From Acetatifactor sp. (GTDB taxonomy: Bacteria > Bacillota > Clostridia > Lachnospirales > Lachnospiraceae), in assembly GCA_045659805.1 (NCBI GenBank), contig JAZRCR010000094.1, forward strand, positions 29,684-93,683: 64,000 nt of DNA, given 5' to 3'. Positions within the stretch are counted from its first letter, which is position 1, and each line of letters begins with the position of its first letter. The translations under genes and the position numbers were made by a program. Of the stretch, positions 30,916-40,303 are shown in pieces. The notes beneath the pieces are model-generated. The model had not been told where the DNA came from. It did no database searches and saw nothing but the letters and a program-made list of their open reading frames with translations.

Positions 30916-32656
30916 TGAGAGCAGATGCCTTAAGAAGATCAGTGACATGTATGAAACAGACCGTTGGTTCTCGGATAAAGAGAGTCTGAAAACCGCAGAT
31001 TATTGTGCGGATACTATGCGGAGCATGGGGTTGGAAGAGGTAGAGAAGCTCCCCTTGACTGCAGACGGTAAAGCAATGTACGGCGACTGGGGCATGCCAA
31101 AGGGTTGGCATTGCGATCATGCGGTACTTAGATCCCTTGACGGAGAAGTATTTGCCGATTACAGTCAGATGCCCTGTTCTCTGGTGGAGGCTTCCGGTTG
31201 CACGCCGGAAGGCGGCATTGAGGCAGCGGTAGTCTGTGTGGACGATTTCACTGTTGCTCCGGAGGATGAAAGTCTGCGCGGCAAGTTCCTGTTCATCGAT
31301 GCGCCTGCCTGGAAAGCTGCAGAACTGGCATACAAGACAGGTGCGGCAGGTATCATATCCGAGTCTGTTCCCCTGATCCCCGGTATTCGCAATACGAAAG
31401 AAGATTTTTACGATGACTGTCCCTGGGAGGGCCTGGGTTCAGAGGCCCGCTACGGCGTTATTGCCTTTAAGCTCACTCCCCGAAAAGCAAAGAGACTGCA
31501 TGAACTGATGGAGAAAGGTCCCGTGAGACTGTTTGCGGACGTGAAGACAGAGAGCTTTGACGGTGTGCTTTATACCGTGTCCGGTGCGCTTTCCGGAGAG
31601 GATCCTTCTCTTCCTGAGGTGTTCGGCTACGGTCACTTATATGAGCCGGGAGCCAATGACAATGCATCGGGAAGCGCAGCTTTGCTGGAACTGATGGAGT
31701 GCTTTAGTGAGGCTATTGCGGAGGGCGTTCTGAAACGGCCCAAGAGGACTATCCGCATTGCCATGGGCCGCGAGTGTACAGGTTCCATGGGATACATGTG
31801 CGCCCATTATCCGGAGAGAAAAATGCTCTGCGGAGCAGTTGCGGATATGATTGGCTGTGAGAAGCTGGATAACGCTACCAATTCCCTTCGCTACGATCCC
31901 TTTGCCAACTGGGCATTTACGGATGCGGCCATTGAGGAGATTGACCGCATGTATATGGAATATGCGGGTAAGGAGCACGATTGCAGGCATCAGGCCTTTA
32001 ATATCGCAACAGACAATATCATTGCAGATCCTGTATATGATGTACCTACTTTTGCCATGGTGGCAGCACCCTGCCTGTCCTACCACTCCTCCATGGACCG
32101 GCCGGACAGGATTGATAAAGAGTTTTTGAAGAGAAATGCAGTGATCATCGGCACCTATCTGTACGGTCTTGCCGATGCGGATGAAGAGACCTGCGGCTTC
32201 CTGGAGGAATTGATCCGTAAGCAGACCGAGAGAAAGGTGGCTGAGGAATCCTTCGGCAGAAGAAAGAAAATACTCAAGGAAGCAGGAGACAGAGCGCTGT
32301 ACTCCCTCAGAAAGATTTGCAGCGATGTGACTTTTGAGCGGCCTGCGGAAGAAGTGGAACCCATGCCGGAGTATGCACAGGCTAAGGGACAGCGTGTACC
32401 GGTCCGCAAGGTGCTTGGATGCCTGACTTTCACCGGAAATATGGATCTGTGGAAGACAGGGTATATTCCTGCCTGGAACGGTAAATTAAATGTACCGCTG
32501 TTCTGGGCTGACGGTAAGAGAAATGTGTGGGAGATTGCCTACCGCACTGCAGTGGAGCTGAGGGAGTGCTCCGACGAGCAGATCAAACATCAATACGAAT
32601 ATCTGACAGGTTATTTTGAACTTCTGGTGCAGAATGACTTCTGTGCCTGGAGATAA
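30872..32656 (+). CDS. M28-family zinc amidohydrolase/aminopeptidase with PA domain (DUF4910-like)
   Basis: GHL..PGANDNASGSA.LLE, TIR....E..GS, DMIG, YHSS.D....ID. Confidence 0.75.
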   Translation: MDWKRLLEIIDRRFDESRCLKKISDMYETDRWFSDKESLKTADYCADTMRSMGLEEVEKLPLTADGKAMYGDWGMPKGWHCDHAVLRSLDGEVFADYSQMPCSLVEASGCTPEGGIEAAVVCVDDFTVAPEDESLRGKFLFIDAPAWKAAELAYKTGAAGIISESVPLIPGIRNTKEDFYDDCPWEGLGSEARYGVIAFKLTPRKAKRLHELMEKGPVRLFADVKTESFDGVLYTVSGALSGEDPSLPEVFGYGHLYEPGANDNASGSAALLELMECFSEAIAEGVLKRPKRTIRIAMGRECTGSMGYMCAHYPERKMLCGAVADMIGCEKLDNATNSLRYDPFANWAFTDAAIEEIDRMYMEYAGKEHDCRHQAFNIATDNIIADPVYDVPTFAMVAAPCLSYHSSMDRPDRIDKEFLKRNAVIIGTYLYGLADADEETCGFLEELIRKQTERKVAEESFGRRKKILKEAGDRALYSLRKICSDVTFERPAEEVEPMPEYAQAKGQRVPVRKVLGCLTFTGNMDLWKTGYIPAWNGKLNVPLFWADGKRNVWEIAYRTAVELRECSDEQIKHQYEYLTGYFELLVQNDFCAWR

Positions 32657-32686
32657 ATACCTGCAAGGGAAAAGAGAGGTTTTATT

Positions 32687-34234
32687 ATGGTTCTACACGG
32701 TTTCAAGAATGTAATCGGGCAGGTGCCGGAGATTGATTTCGGCACACTGCTCTATCAGGAGACACAGGGGCCGGACTGTACGGTGATCAGCCTGAAAGAT
32801 GTGGCTGCTGCTGACGCGGAAAGCTACATGGCGGCCCTCGAAGCAATGGGATATGCTAAGGAATCAACCCACAGCTTCGGAACAGACAATGTCTTTGTCC
32901 TTTATACAATGGGCGAAGCAGCAATTTATCTGAGTTTTTATCCGGGTGCCGGGGAACTTCGTCTGGTAGGGGAAAGAAACAGCGCATATCTTACTTTTAA
33001 AGATCAGGCGGGGGATGAGAGGACTACCTCCCTGCTGACGCAGATCGATCTGGAGGATTTCGGCTGTTCCTATGTGATCAGACTGCGGGACGGCAGATTT
33101 ATCATCTTTGACGGCGGCTGTGAGTTTGAGCCGGACGCCGATAAGCTGCTGGCTGTTCTGAAAGAACAGTCCCCGGATGAAAAACCGATGATCGCCGGAT
33201 GGATCCTGACCCATGCCCATGTGGATCATTACAGATGTTTCCTGGTGTTCTGGGAGAAGTATCGCGAAGAGGTGGAGATTCAGTATTTCCTGTACAACTT
33301 CCCCGGTAATGAGGAAGTGGATTTTGCAAAGAATATCCCCGATCTGGCAGGTGAGATCCCCTATCTGGAGAGGATGGAGAGGTATATTGCAGAGAGCGGC
33401 GTGCCTGTGATCAGGCCTCATACCGGTCAGATCTATCAGTTTGGCAATGCAAGACTGGAGACCATCTGCTGTCTGGATGACACCTGCTGCTATCCCTGCG
33501 AGGGGAATAACCTGTCCGTAGTGTTCAAGATGTTCATTGAGGGACAGAGTATCCTTTGGTGTGCGGACAACTATATGGAAGACTCCCGTCTGGCACAGAG
33601 ATACGGCAAATATCTGAAGTCAGATATGCTGCAGATTGCCCACCACGGTTTCTGCGGCGGAAGCATCAGATGCCATAAGATCATTGATCCTATGGTGTGT
33701 CTGGCGCCTGTCCATGAAGACGATTTTTACCGCATCTTTGACGTATATTTTGAGTTTAACAGAACTCTTATATACGATCTGAATGTGCAGGAGATCCTTA
33801 CCGGAGGTCACGGGCACGTAATCATGGAATTGCCTTATAAGCCGGCCCCCAACGGTAAGTTCCTGCTTCTTGAAAGGGCGAGGGAGCTGTCCAGACAAAT
33901 GGGAGCCAAATCCTGGTTCTTCGGAGATATGACCTGGGAGGACTGTAAATTTACTTTCCTGAATCCCTCCGTTGCCGAGCCCGAGGTTTATGCGACTCTG
34001 TATTTTGAAGACCGGGCAGATAAAATATCCAATATTAAGATCGACCTGCCTCAGTTTACCGTGAGGACAGTAGATTTTACCACGGGCGAATATATTGACG
34101 GAGATGCACTCTACTTTAACCGCAATTCGCTGGCCAGGAAGGGAGCTCCTGTGGGCAAGACGTTTGCTCTCCACATCTTAAGCGATACCCCGATCGTGAT
34201 CTGGGGCAATAAGAAGCCGGTATATGCGTATTAA
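32687..34234 (+). CDS. Metallo-beta-lactamase-fold hydrolase (ComEC-like) with C-terminal ASRT-like domain
   Basis: SYVI.L.DG.FII.DGG, THAHVDH, N..S.V, D.LQIAHHG; C-terminus G.K.W.F.D...LNP....V..TLYFEDR...P.G..FA..I.SD.PIV. Confidence 0.75.
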   Translation: MVLHGFKNVIGQVPEIDFGTLLYQETQGPDCTVISLKDVAAADAESYMAALEAMGYAKESTHSFGTDNVFVLYTMGEAAIYLSFYPGAGELRLVGERNSAYLTFKDQAGDERTTSLLTQIDLEDFGCSYVIRLRDGRFIIFDGGCEFEPDADKLLAVLKEQSPDEKPMIAGWILTHAHVDHYRCFLVFWEKYREEVEIQYFLYNFPGNEEVDFAKNIPDLAGEIPYLERMERYIAESGVPVIRPHTGQIYQFGNARLETICCLDDTCCYPCEGNNLSVVFKMFIEGQSILWCADNYMEDSRLAQRYGKYLKSDMLQIAHHGFCGGSIRCHKIIDPMVCLAPVHEDDFYRIFDVYFEFNRTLIYDLNVQEILTGGHGHVIMELPYKPAPNGKFLLLERARELSRQMGAKSWFFGDMTWEDCKFTFLNPSVAEPEVYATLYFEDRADKISNIKIDLPQFTVRTVDFTTGEYIDGDALYFNRNSLARKGAPVGKTFALHILSDTPIVIWGNKKPVYAY

Positions 34235-34287
34235 TCAGTAACTTTTTTAAAAGTAACAAATTAAGCCAGAAAAAGAGAGGCAAAAAA

Positions 34288-35508
34288 ATGATTGGCAGAA
34301 ATGATATAAAGATCAACAATCCCGAGAGATTCAAAGGCGATCATTCAATAGCCCCCGAAAAACTGCAGAAGGCTATTGAGAAGGCAACTGGTAAGCTTGG
34401 CGCAAAACTGGAACTGTATGCGGACAACTTTCCTCAAAACATGCGTAAAAATTGTTATCATTTGTATGAGATGGGCGAGAATAACAACTGGCAGAGCGGT
34501 ATGCTCACAGGCTGTCTGATCCTCGCTTATGACCTTACCGGCGAGCAGAAATTCTTAGATACTGCCCTCGGCCATATCCCTGCGTATCAGGAGCGGTTTA
34601 AGCGCAGAAGAGACATGAAATACGATATGAACAGTCACGATGTGGGATTTGCATTTTCTCCCTCCTGTGTAGCGCTCTATAAGCGGACAGGCAATGAAGA
34701 GGCCAAGGAACTTGCTCACAATGCTGCAAGGCATTTCTATAATGTGGCCTATACACAGAGAGGTAAGTTTATTTTGCGTTCTCCTATCAGCGCAACAGAA
34801 GAATGGGCATGCCGCACTATGATGGATACGCTCATGAATGTGCCTTTACTTTTCTGGGCAGGTGAGGAATTTGACAATGTGATGTTCACTGAGGCTGCTT
34901 ACAATCAGAATAAGCTCACAAGAGACTACCTCATCCGTGAGGACGGTTCCTCTTATCATCATTATCAGTTCGATATTGATACCCACGCTCCTGTGAAAGG
35001 CGTAACCTTCCAGGGACACCGTGACGAATCCACCTGGTCAAGAGGACACGCATGGGGAATCTATGGTTTCCCTGTAGCATATGATTACACCGGCGACGAT
35101 TCCTTCCTGAAAGTTCAGAAGGACCAGATAGCATTCATGCTCAATCATCTCCCTGAAGACAATGTTCCCTACTGGGATTATGATTTCATGGACGGTGATG
35201 AGCCCAGAGATACCTCTGCCGGCGCAATTTCTGCCTGTGGTATGCTGGAAGCTCTCAACTATATGGATGAGAACGATCCTGACAGAGAGATTTACTACAA
35301 TGCAGCTTGTATGCTGGTTGAGGCAATCATAGACGGTTACACCGGCGAGACCAATAAAAACGGTCAGTATTATGACGGCCTTTTCTGGGGCTGCACAGGC
35401 GCAAGACCTTATAATCTTGGGTTGGAGGGCTGTGCTCTCTACGGTGATTATTTCTACCTGGAAGCGCTTCTTCGACTCAGCAATTCTGATTTCAAGAGAT
35501 ATTGGTAA
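34288..35508 (+). CDS. Unsaturated glucuronyl hydrolase, glycoside hydrolase family 88
   Basis: W.SG, SHDVGF, MDTLMN.PLLFWA, R.DGSSYH, QG....STWSRGHAW.IYGF, VPYWD, RDTSA.AI, YGDYFYLEAL. Confidence 0.9.
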   Translation: MIGRNDIKINNPERFKGDHSIAPEKLQKAIEKATGKLGAKLELYADNFPQNMRKNCYHLYEMGENNNWQSGMLTGCLILAYDLTGEQKFLDTALGHIPAYQERFKRRRDMKYDMNSHDVGFAFSPSCVALYKRTGNEEAKELAHNAARHFYNVAYTQRGKFILRSPISATEEWACRTMMDTLMNVPLLFWAGEEFDNVMFTEAAYNQNKLTRDYLIREDGSSYHHYQFDIDTHAPVKGVTFQGHRDESTWSRGHAWGIYGFPVAYDYTGDDSFLKVQKDQIAFMLNHLPEDNVPYWDYDFMDGDEPRDTSAGAISACGMLEALNYMDENDPDREIYYNAACMLVEAIIDGYTGETNKNGQYYDGLFWGCTGARPYNLGLEGCALYGDYFYLEALLRLSNSDFKRYW

Positions 35509-35519
35509 GAGAGAACAAT

Positions 35520-35574
35520 AAAAAAACCGGATGAGCAATCGTTCCAGAGAAACGGTTGCTCGTCCGGTTTTTTT
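35520..35574. terminator. Bidirectional intrinsic terminator
   Basis: A7-CCGGATGAGCAATCGTT/AACGGTTGCTCGTCCGG-T7 between convergent genes. Confidence 0.85.
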
Positions 35575-35579
35575 AAAAG

Positions 35580-37709
35580 CTATTTTTTGTGAGGCATCAG
35601 GAAGTAAATAGTGCCGGAAACATTCTTCTTGTGCAGGTAGGTACCAACCTCGGGATCCTCCACTACTTCCCAACCATCCTGGGCAAAGGGGGTGAAGTGG
35701 CTCTGTTCCAGTATGGCCACGATAGAGGTCTTGGTGCAGTGAGCCTCAGGGAAGAGACAAACTTCAGCGTTTTCCAGGCCGGTAATGCACATTTTTCTGT
35801 GGTACCTGGTGTTGCCGGGAGACATATCCCGGGCTCTTACCACGCCGGAATCCTGTTTTACGAATACGCGGCACTCGCCGTGTACGCTGCGGGGGAACTG
35901 ATAGGTGGCAAAACCGTCCTCGATGCAGGTGTTATAACCATTGATCACCGGCGCGCCCAGAGGGAAACGGAACTTACTCTGCACGGTGGTGTCGCGGTTG
36001 TAAACATTGAACATTATAGCGTTGTCAAAACGGTGCAGTGTCATGGTGGGAAGGGCAGAGTTCTCTGCCTTCTTTGCGAAGCTGATCTCGTATCTGTAAC
36101 CGGCAAATGCATCAAACAGCTGAGAAGCCTGGCCGGCGATGTCTGCTTTACTGCAAGGGAAGTTTACTTTGGCCAGAGCGTCAGCGCTGCCGTATACGAT
36201 CAGCTTTCCTCCCTTTGCTGCATATTCTGCCAGAGCTGCTTTTGCGTCATCATTGTCAAAGGCTGCCGGAACGACCAGCACTGATTTGCTGTAAATGGCA
36301 CTCTTTCCCTCTGCACAGTGCTTCACAAAATTGTCTGTGGAGACCACGGAAGCCATGGGAAAACCCACATTCAAAGCATCACGCAGGAAGCGGTCGCCAA
36401 AATACATTTCTTCCAGCAGATCGGCATCGTGGGAAGTGGTGTACTCCCGCATGGGATATACTAACACCAATGGAGCCGCTTCGTCGGGAGCATCTTTTTC
36501 TGCCTTCAGGATGTGAGGCATGGGTTCCAGTACGCAGTTGTCCGGCATGCCGCCCCAGCTATTGTCGATGGAAAGGATGTTGAACAGGCCGGGATTCCGG
36601 GTGTTGCCCTCCTCATCAATGCGGGAAAGTGACATAGGGATATAAATGTCATGAGGATAGCCCTCGTATCTGTCGTACCAGGGGGAATTTACCCACCAGG
36701 GATCGTGCAGATAGTAGCGGAACATATAATCCTTGCCGGGCAGGGCTGCATTTCTGGTAAGATGTCCCAGGATTTCGATACCCATATCATCATTGATGGC
36801 TGCCCAGGGGGAGTTGGGCGGGGGAGTCATATTGAAATTGCCGTTATAAATGTCGTATAGGGGCACGCCGTCGCTGGCATAGTCCATACCCACGGAATAG
36901 TTGGTACCTCTGGTCTCGATGGGAAAATCAGGGCAGGCATCACGGAAAAGCTTCCAGAACAGGAAGATCTTGTGCTTGGTGTCCTTTAATTTCTCGGGAT
37001 AGAACCTGGTGCCGTCGTAGATCTTGCCCTTTTCGCTCCAGGGCTCGTTGCAGAAGCCCATACCGTTGGAGAGCCACAGATAATCAAAATCCATATCTCT
37101 TAAGAATACATTGGCCTGAGCGCCCATCAGGGTACCCATGGGGGTCTTGTCGGGCAGACCGTTCGGATAAGCGGCGTAAGGGTAATCATCGCCGTTTAAC
37201 AGGATAGTAGGGTCCACAAAACCGAATCCGCTGGCGCCGGAACCGGAGCAGCTCTCCGGGTGGCGGTGATATTTGAAGTCTGCAATGGCAAATTCGGGAC
37301 CGATATCAAAGGTCTCGCCTACACGGATACGGGCGTTGGGATAACGTTTTCTTCCCTCCTCCTTGATGCAGGCAATGATCTTCTTTAAGGTGCCGTAGGT
37401 CATTTTCACCGGATTTTCGGTGTACAGCTGTGATCTCTCGTGGAGGCTGGTCTCCTGAGGGAGGTCGCCTACCAGAGGCAGATTGGCGGTACCCACAAAG
37501 TAAGCCCACTCAAATTCCCTGTCAAGGTCACCGGTATAGTCAATCATCTCGCAGCCGTCGCCGACCCAGAGCATTACGGAGATCACCTCGCGGTTCTTTA
37601 CCAGATGATGCCACTGGTCAAAAATACGGGAACAGACCTCTCGGACGGAATCGTCATCTATCTTTTTAAAAGGTTTTAAACTCATTTCTAAGGTAACTGA
37701 CCGAAACAT
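35580..37709 (-). CDS. Hypothetical 709-aa protein, possible carbohydrate-active enzyme
   Basis: Long ORF with RBS and host-like codon usage, downstream of a sugar isomerase on the same strand; aromatic/acidic motifs (ETFDIGPEF, DYLWLSNG.G, FRYYLHDPWW.NSPW.DRY); no family recognised. Confidence 0.75.
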   Translation of the reverse strand: MFRSVTLEMSLKPFKKIDDDSVREVCSRIFDQWHHLVKNREVISVMLWVGDGCEMIDYTGDLDREFEWAYFVGTANLPLVGDLPQETSLHERSQLYTENPVKMTYGTLKKIIACIKEEGRKRYPNARIRVGETFDIGPEFAIADFKYHRHPESCSGSGASGFGFVDPTILLNGDDYPYAAYPNGLPDKTPMGTLMGAQANVFLRDMDFDYLWLSNGMGFCNEPWSEKGKIYDGTRFYPEKLKDTKHKIFLFWKLFRDACPDFPIETRGTNYSVGMDYASDGVPLYDIYNGNFNMTPPPNSPWAAINDDMGIEILGHLTRNAALPGKDYMFRYYLHDPWWVNSPWYDRYEGYPHDIYIPMSLSRIDEEGNTRNPGLFNILSIDNSWGGMPDNCVLEPMPHILKAEKDAPDEAAPLVLVYPMREYTTSHDADLLEEMYFGDRFLRDALNVGFPMASVVSTDNFVKHCAEGKSAIYSKSVLVVPAAFDNDDAKAALAEYAAKGGKLIVYGSADALAKVNFPCSKADIAGQASQLFDAFAGYRYEISFAKKAENSALPTMTLHRFDNAIMFNVYNRDTTVQSKFRFPLGAPVINGYNTCIEDGFATYQFPRSVHGECRVFVKQDSGVVRARDMSPGNTRYHRKMCITGLENAEVCLFPEAHCTKTSIVAILEQSHFTPFAQDGWEVVEDPEVGTYLHKKNVSGTIYFLMPHKK

Positions 37710-37743
37710 AGAATGCTTCTCCTTTCCATGATTAAAATGATGT

Positions 37744-39189
37744 TTATCTTACGATCACGCGCTCAATTCCCAGAATATCGGCAATCTTTGCGATGGTGTC
37801 CGCATGGTGTCCGATACCCAGTGCGTAGTGATGGGTAGGGCCTTCCATAACCCACTTCTTGATAAATTCCTTGGTGGTGGGCTCGAAGAAGCCTCTGGTG
37901 TTGGTGTTGCCGGTGGGAGGGATGGGACCCTTCTTGGAGATCCCTTCGCCGATGACAAACTTAAACTTGCCGTCGCCGGTCTGGGTGATGCCAAGCATAG
38001 TGATGGGGCCTTCCTTGATCTTAAACTCTACGGAAGCGCCGCTGCCGGGCTTGCCGTGATATTTTTTCAGGCTTCGGAGAACGGGCTTGCCCTCTGCAAT
38101 GGCCAGGTGGTGAGGCCCGTCATGGCCTACCAGGATAAAGTCTTCGCTGAAGTCAAAGGGATGGAACTCCGCAAAGCTTCCGCCGATGTTCAGTCTGTCC
38201 ATGATCAGCATGGCAATACAGGTCTTGATGTCGAACTCGCCGCACATGGGGATACCCTGTGCATTCAGGATAGAGTTACCCACGATAAAGGTGGTGGCAA
38301 CCTTTCTGTGAAGGCTCTCGGCGCCTCCTTCATAATAATAAGCAAGGCCGGTGAGCTCATACTTTTCTACAAATTTGTCAAGGGCTACTGCGGTCTTGGC
38401 AGCCTGGTGCTTGTCAGCGTCTGTGAGCTTCAGGGTAACAGGGTCGGACTTGGGCTCGGGCATATCAAACTCTTCGTCGATCACCTTGATCTTCTCGGCA
38501 ATCTCTTCCTCGGTTACCGTCTCATACATTTTCAGCACATCGTCGATCTCCAGAAGGGGAACGTGAAGGCCGAAAGCAGCGGATACAGCGGTGGGATCTG
38601 CGTGCATGTCGTACATGGCTTCCAGGGAATGGCCCATGAGACCCATTCTTGCGCCCTTCAGAGTGTGGAGAACCTTGGCGATGTCGCACCACTTTGCAAG
38701 CTCTGCCTGCGCCTCCTTATCGCCGTAGAGAGTACCGATGATCACATCGTCTACCTTCTTGCCCAGACGGATTGCTACGCCGGTAAACTCCGGTACGGAA
38801 CAAATATTGTCATTTTCCAGCTGCATGAAGGTGCTTGCCTTGGTGTAATCCAGTTTCTCAAGGGGCTGAAGTGCCACCAGAACTACCGGAACGGTTGCCT
38901 CTCTCATGATGGGTGCAAAAACGGAGGAAGTTGCATATGTACTCATGTTGCAGAGCAGCAGGTCGATGCCGCTTCCGGCAATCTCTTTTACTGCCGCATA
39001 AGCCTTCTGAGAGCTGTCGATCATGCCGAAGTCCACTACGTCAACCTCGTTTTCTTCTACCAGCTTCAGAAAATCTCTGTGATATCCCATAATGTTGTCA
39101 TACAGTCCCTCGAACTGATCCCAGTAAGTAGCGTGTGCTACTGCAAACACACCGATTTTGGCTGTTCTTTTTGTTTTTCTTGTGATCAT
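37744..39189 (-). CDS. L-fucose/L-arabinose isomerase family protein
   Basis: YW.QF.GL, C..PE, G.P..GE.D, GGSFAEF, GHDGP.H, GNTN.R, W...GPTHH.ALG.GH. Confidence 0.85.
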   Translation of the reverse strand: MITRKTKRTAKIGVFAVAHATYWDQFEGLYDNIMGYHRDFLKLVEENEVDVVDFGMIDSSQKAYAAVKEIAGSGIDLLLCNMSTYATSSVFAPIMREATVPVVLVALQPLEKLDYTKASTFMQLENDNICSVPEFTGVAIRLGKKVDDVIIGTLYGDKEAQAELAKWCDIAKVLHTLKGARMGLMGHSLEAMYDMHADPTAVSAAFGLHVPLLEIDDVLKMYETVTEEEIAEKIKVIDEEFDMPEPKSDPVTLKLTDADKHQAAKTAVALDKFVEKYELTGLAYYYEGGAESLHRKVATTFIVGNSILNAQGIPMCGEFDIKTCIAMLIMDRLNIGGSFAEFHPFDFSEDFILVGHDGPHHLAIAEGKPVLRSLKKYHGKPGSGASVEFKIKEGPITMLGITQTGDGKFKFVIGEGISKKGPIPPTGNTNTRGFFEPTTKEFIKKWVMEGPTHHYALGIGHHADTIAKIADILGIERVIVR

Positions 39190-39313
39190 ATGAATCGTCC
39201 TTTCTATAATGAATATAATTTGTACTTTCTATCTGTATTTTAGTATGATATAATCCGATTATAAATGAAAAAAATAAACAAAAATTTGTACAAAATAAAG
39301 ATGGAGGGAGAAA

Positions 39314-40159
39314 ATGTTCTTCAATGAGATCAAACCCTTTGTAAGATATGTGAGATATTATTCCATGGATGCGGCGGCACCGAGCTCTCCTGTGATTCCA
39401 TATGATGCCAGACTTTTTTATACCTGTGAGGGTTACGGTGTGATAGAGAGCGGCGGCCGCCTGTATGAGATGCAGGAAGGAAGTGTTCTTATTATAAATG
39501 CGGGCGTGGAGTACTGCCTGCACACGCCGAGAGAGTCCGTCCGATATCTGGCGGTGAATTTCGACTATACGTATTCTAATGCCGGTTTGTCGATTCCTAT
39601 CCGGCCTGTGGCAAGGGATTCCTTTGTGCGGGATGACATGGTGGAACATGTCACCTTTGACGATGTAAAGACGCTGAACAGGGTAACTTATGTGGGTGAC
39701 ATGCAAGTGATCTGCCGCAAGCTTGTGAAAATGGAATATCAATACTCCCACAGGTTTAAATTCTTTGAACTGGAGATCAGCAGCGTGCTTGCAGGTATCC
39801 TCATCACCTGCGTGCGGCACGGGGACGATGCCATCCGCCGCTCCCGGGGTGAATCCGCGGTGAAGATCATCGACTACATCCATGACAATTATATGGGACA
39901 GCTGACCAACAGGGAGATTGGTGAGGAGTTCGGCTTCCACCCCAATTATGTGAGCAGTATTGTGAAGGAATGTACCGGTATGCCGCTCCATCAGTATCTG
40001 ATGCACTTGAGGATTCTCCACGCGGCAAGCCTTCTGGAGGAGAAAGGTATGAGCGTTACGGAGGTGGCGGGACAGTGCGGTTTCAGGGATATCTATTACT
40101 TCTCCCGTTATTTTAAGAAAAAGATGGGCGTGAGCCCTACGGAATATCAAAACAGCTGA
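39314..40159 (+). CDS. AraC family regulator with cupin sensor, divergent from the isomerase
   Basis: I.PFVRY, cupin segment, FHPNY.S...K..TG, S..EVA..CGF.D..YFSR.FKK..G.SP..Y. Confidence 0.9.
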   Translation: MFFNEIKPFVRYVRYYSMDAAAPSSPVIPYDARLFYTCEGYGVIESGGRLYEMQEGSVLIINAGVEYCLHTPRESVRYLAVNFDYTYSNAGLSIPIRPVARDSFVRDDMVEHVTFDDVKTLNRVTYVGDMQVICRKLVKMEYQYSHRFKFFELEISSVLAGILITCVRHGDDAIRRSRGESAVKIIDYIHDNYMGQLTNREIGEEFGFHPNYVSSIVKECTGMPLHQYLMHLRILHAASLLEEKGMSVTEVAGQCGFRDIYYFSRYFKKKMGVSPTEYQNS

Positions 40160-40174
40160 ACTTGACAATTAAAA

Positions 40175-40265
40175 TGCCGAAATCGGAACGAATTAACAAT
40201 ATAAAACAGTAAATTCCGAAATCGGAAATAACAAGTTGACGACGTACATCATAATATAGTATAAT
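40175..40265 (+). promoter_or_regulatory. Two 14-bp palindromic operator-like boxes plus a sigma-A promoter
   Basis: TGCCGA-AA-TCGGAA (40175-40188) and TTCCGA-AA-TCGGAA (40214-40227); TTGACG-N18-TATAAT at 40236-40265. Confidence 0.6.
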
Positions 40266-40303
40266 GATTCTGTACAGAATAAGCTGTATGGGAGGATTGT
40301 ATT

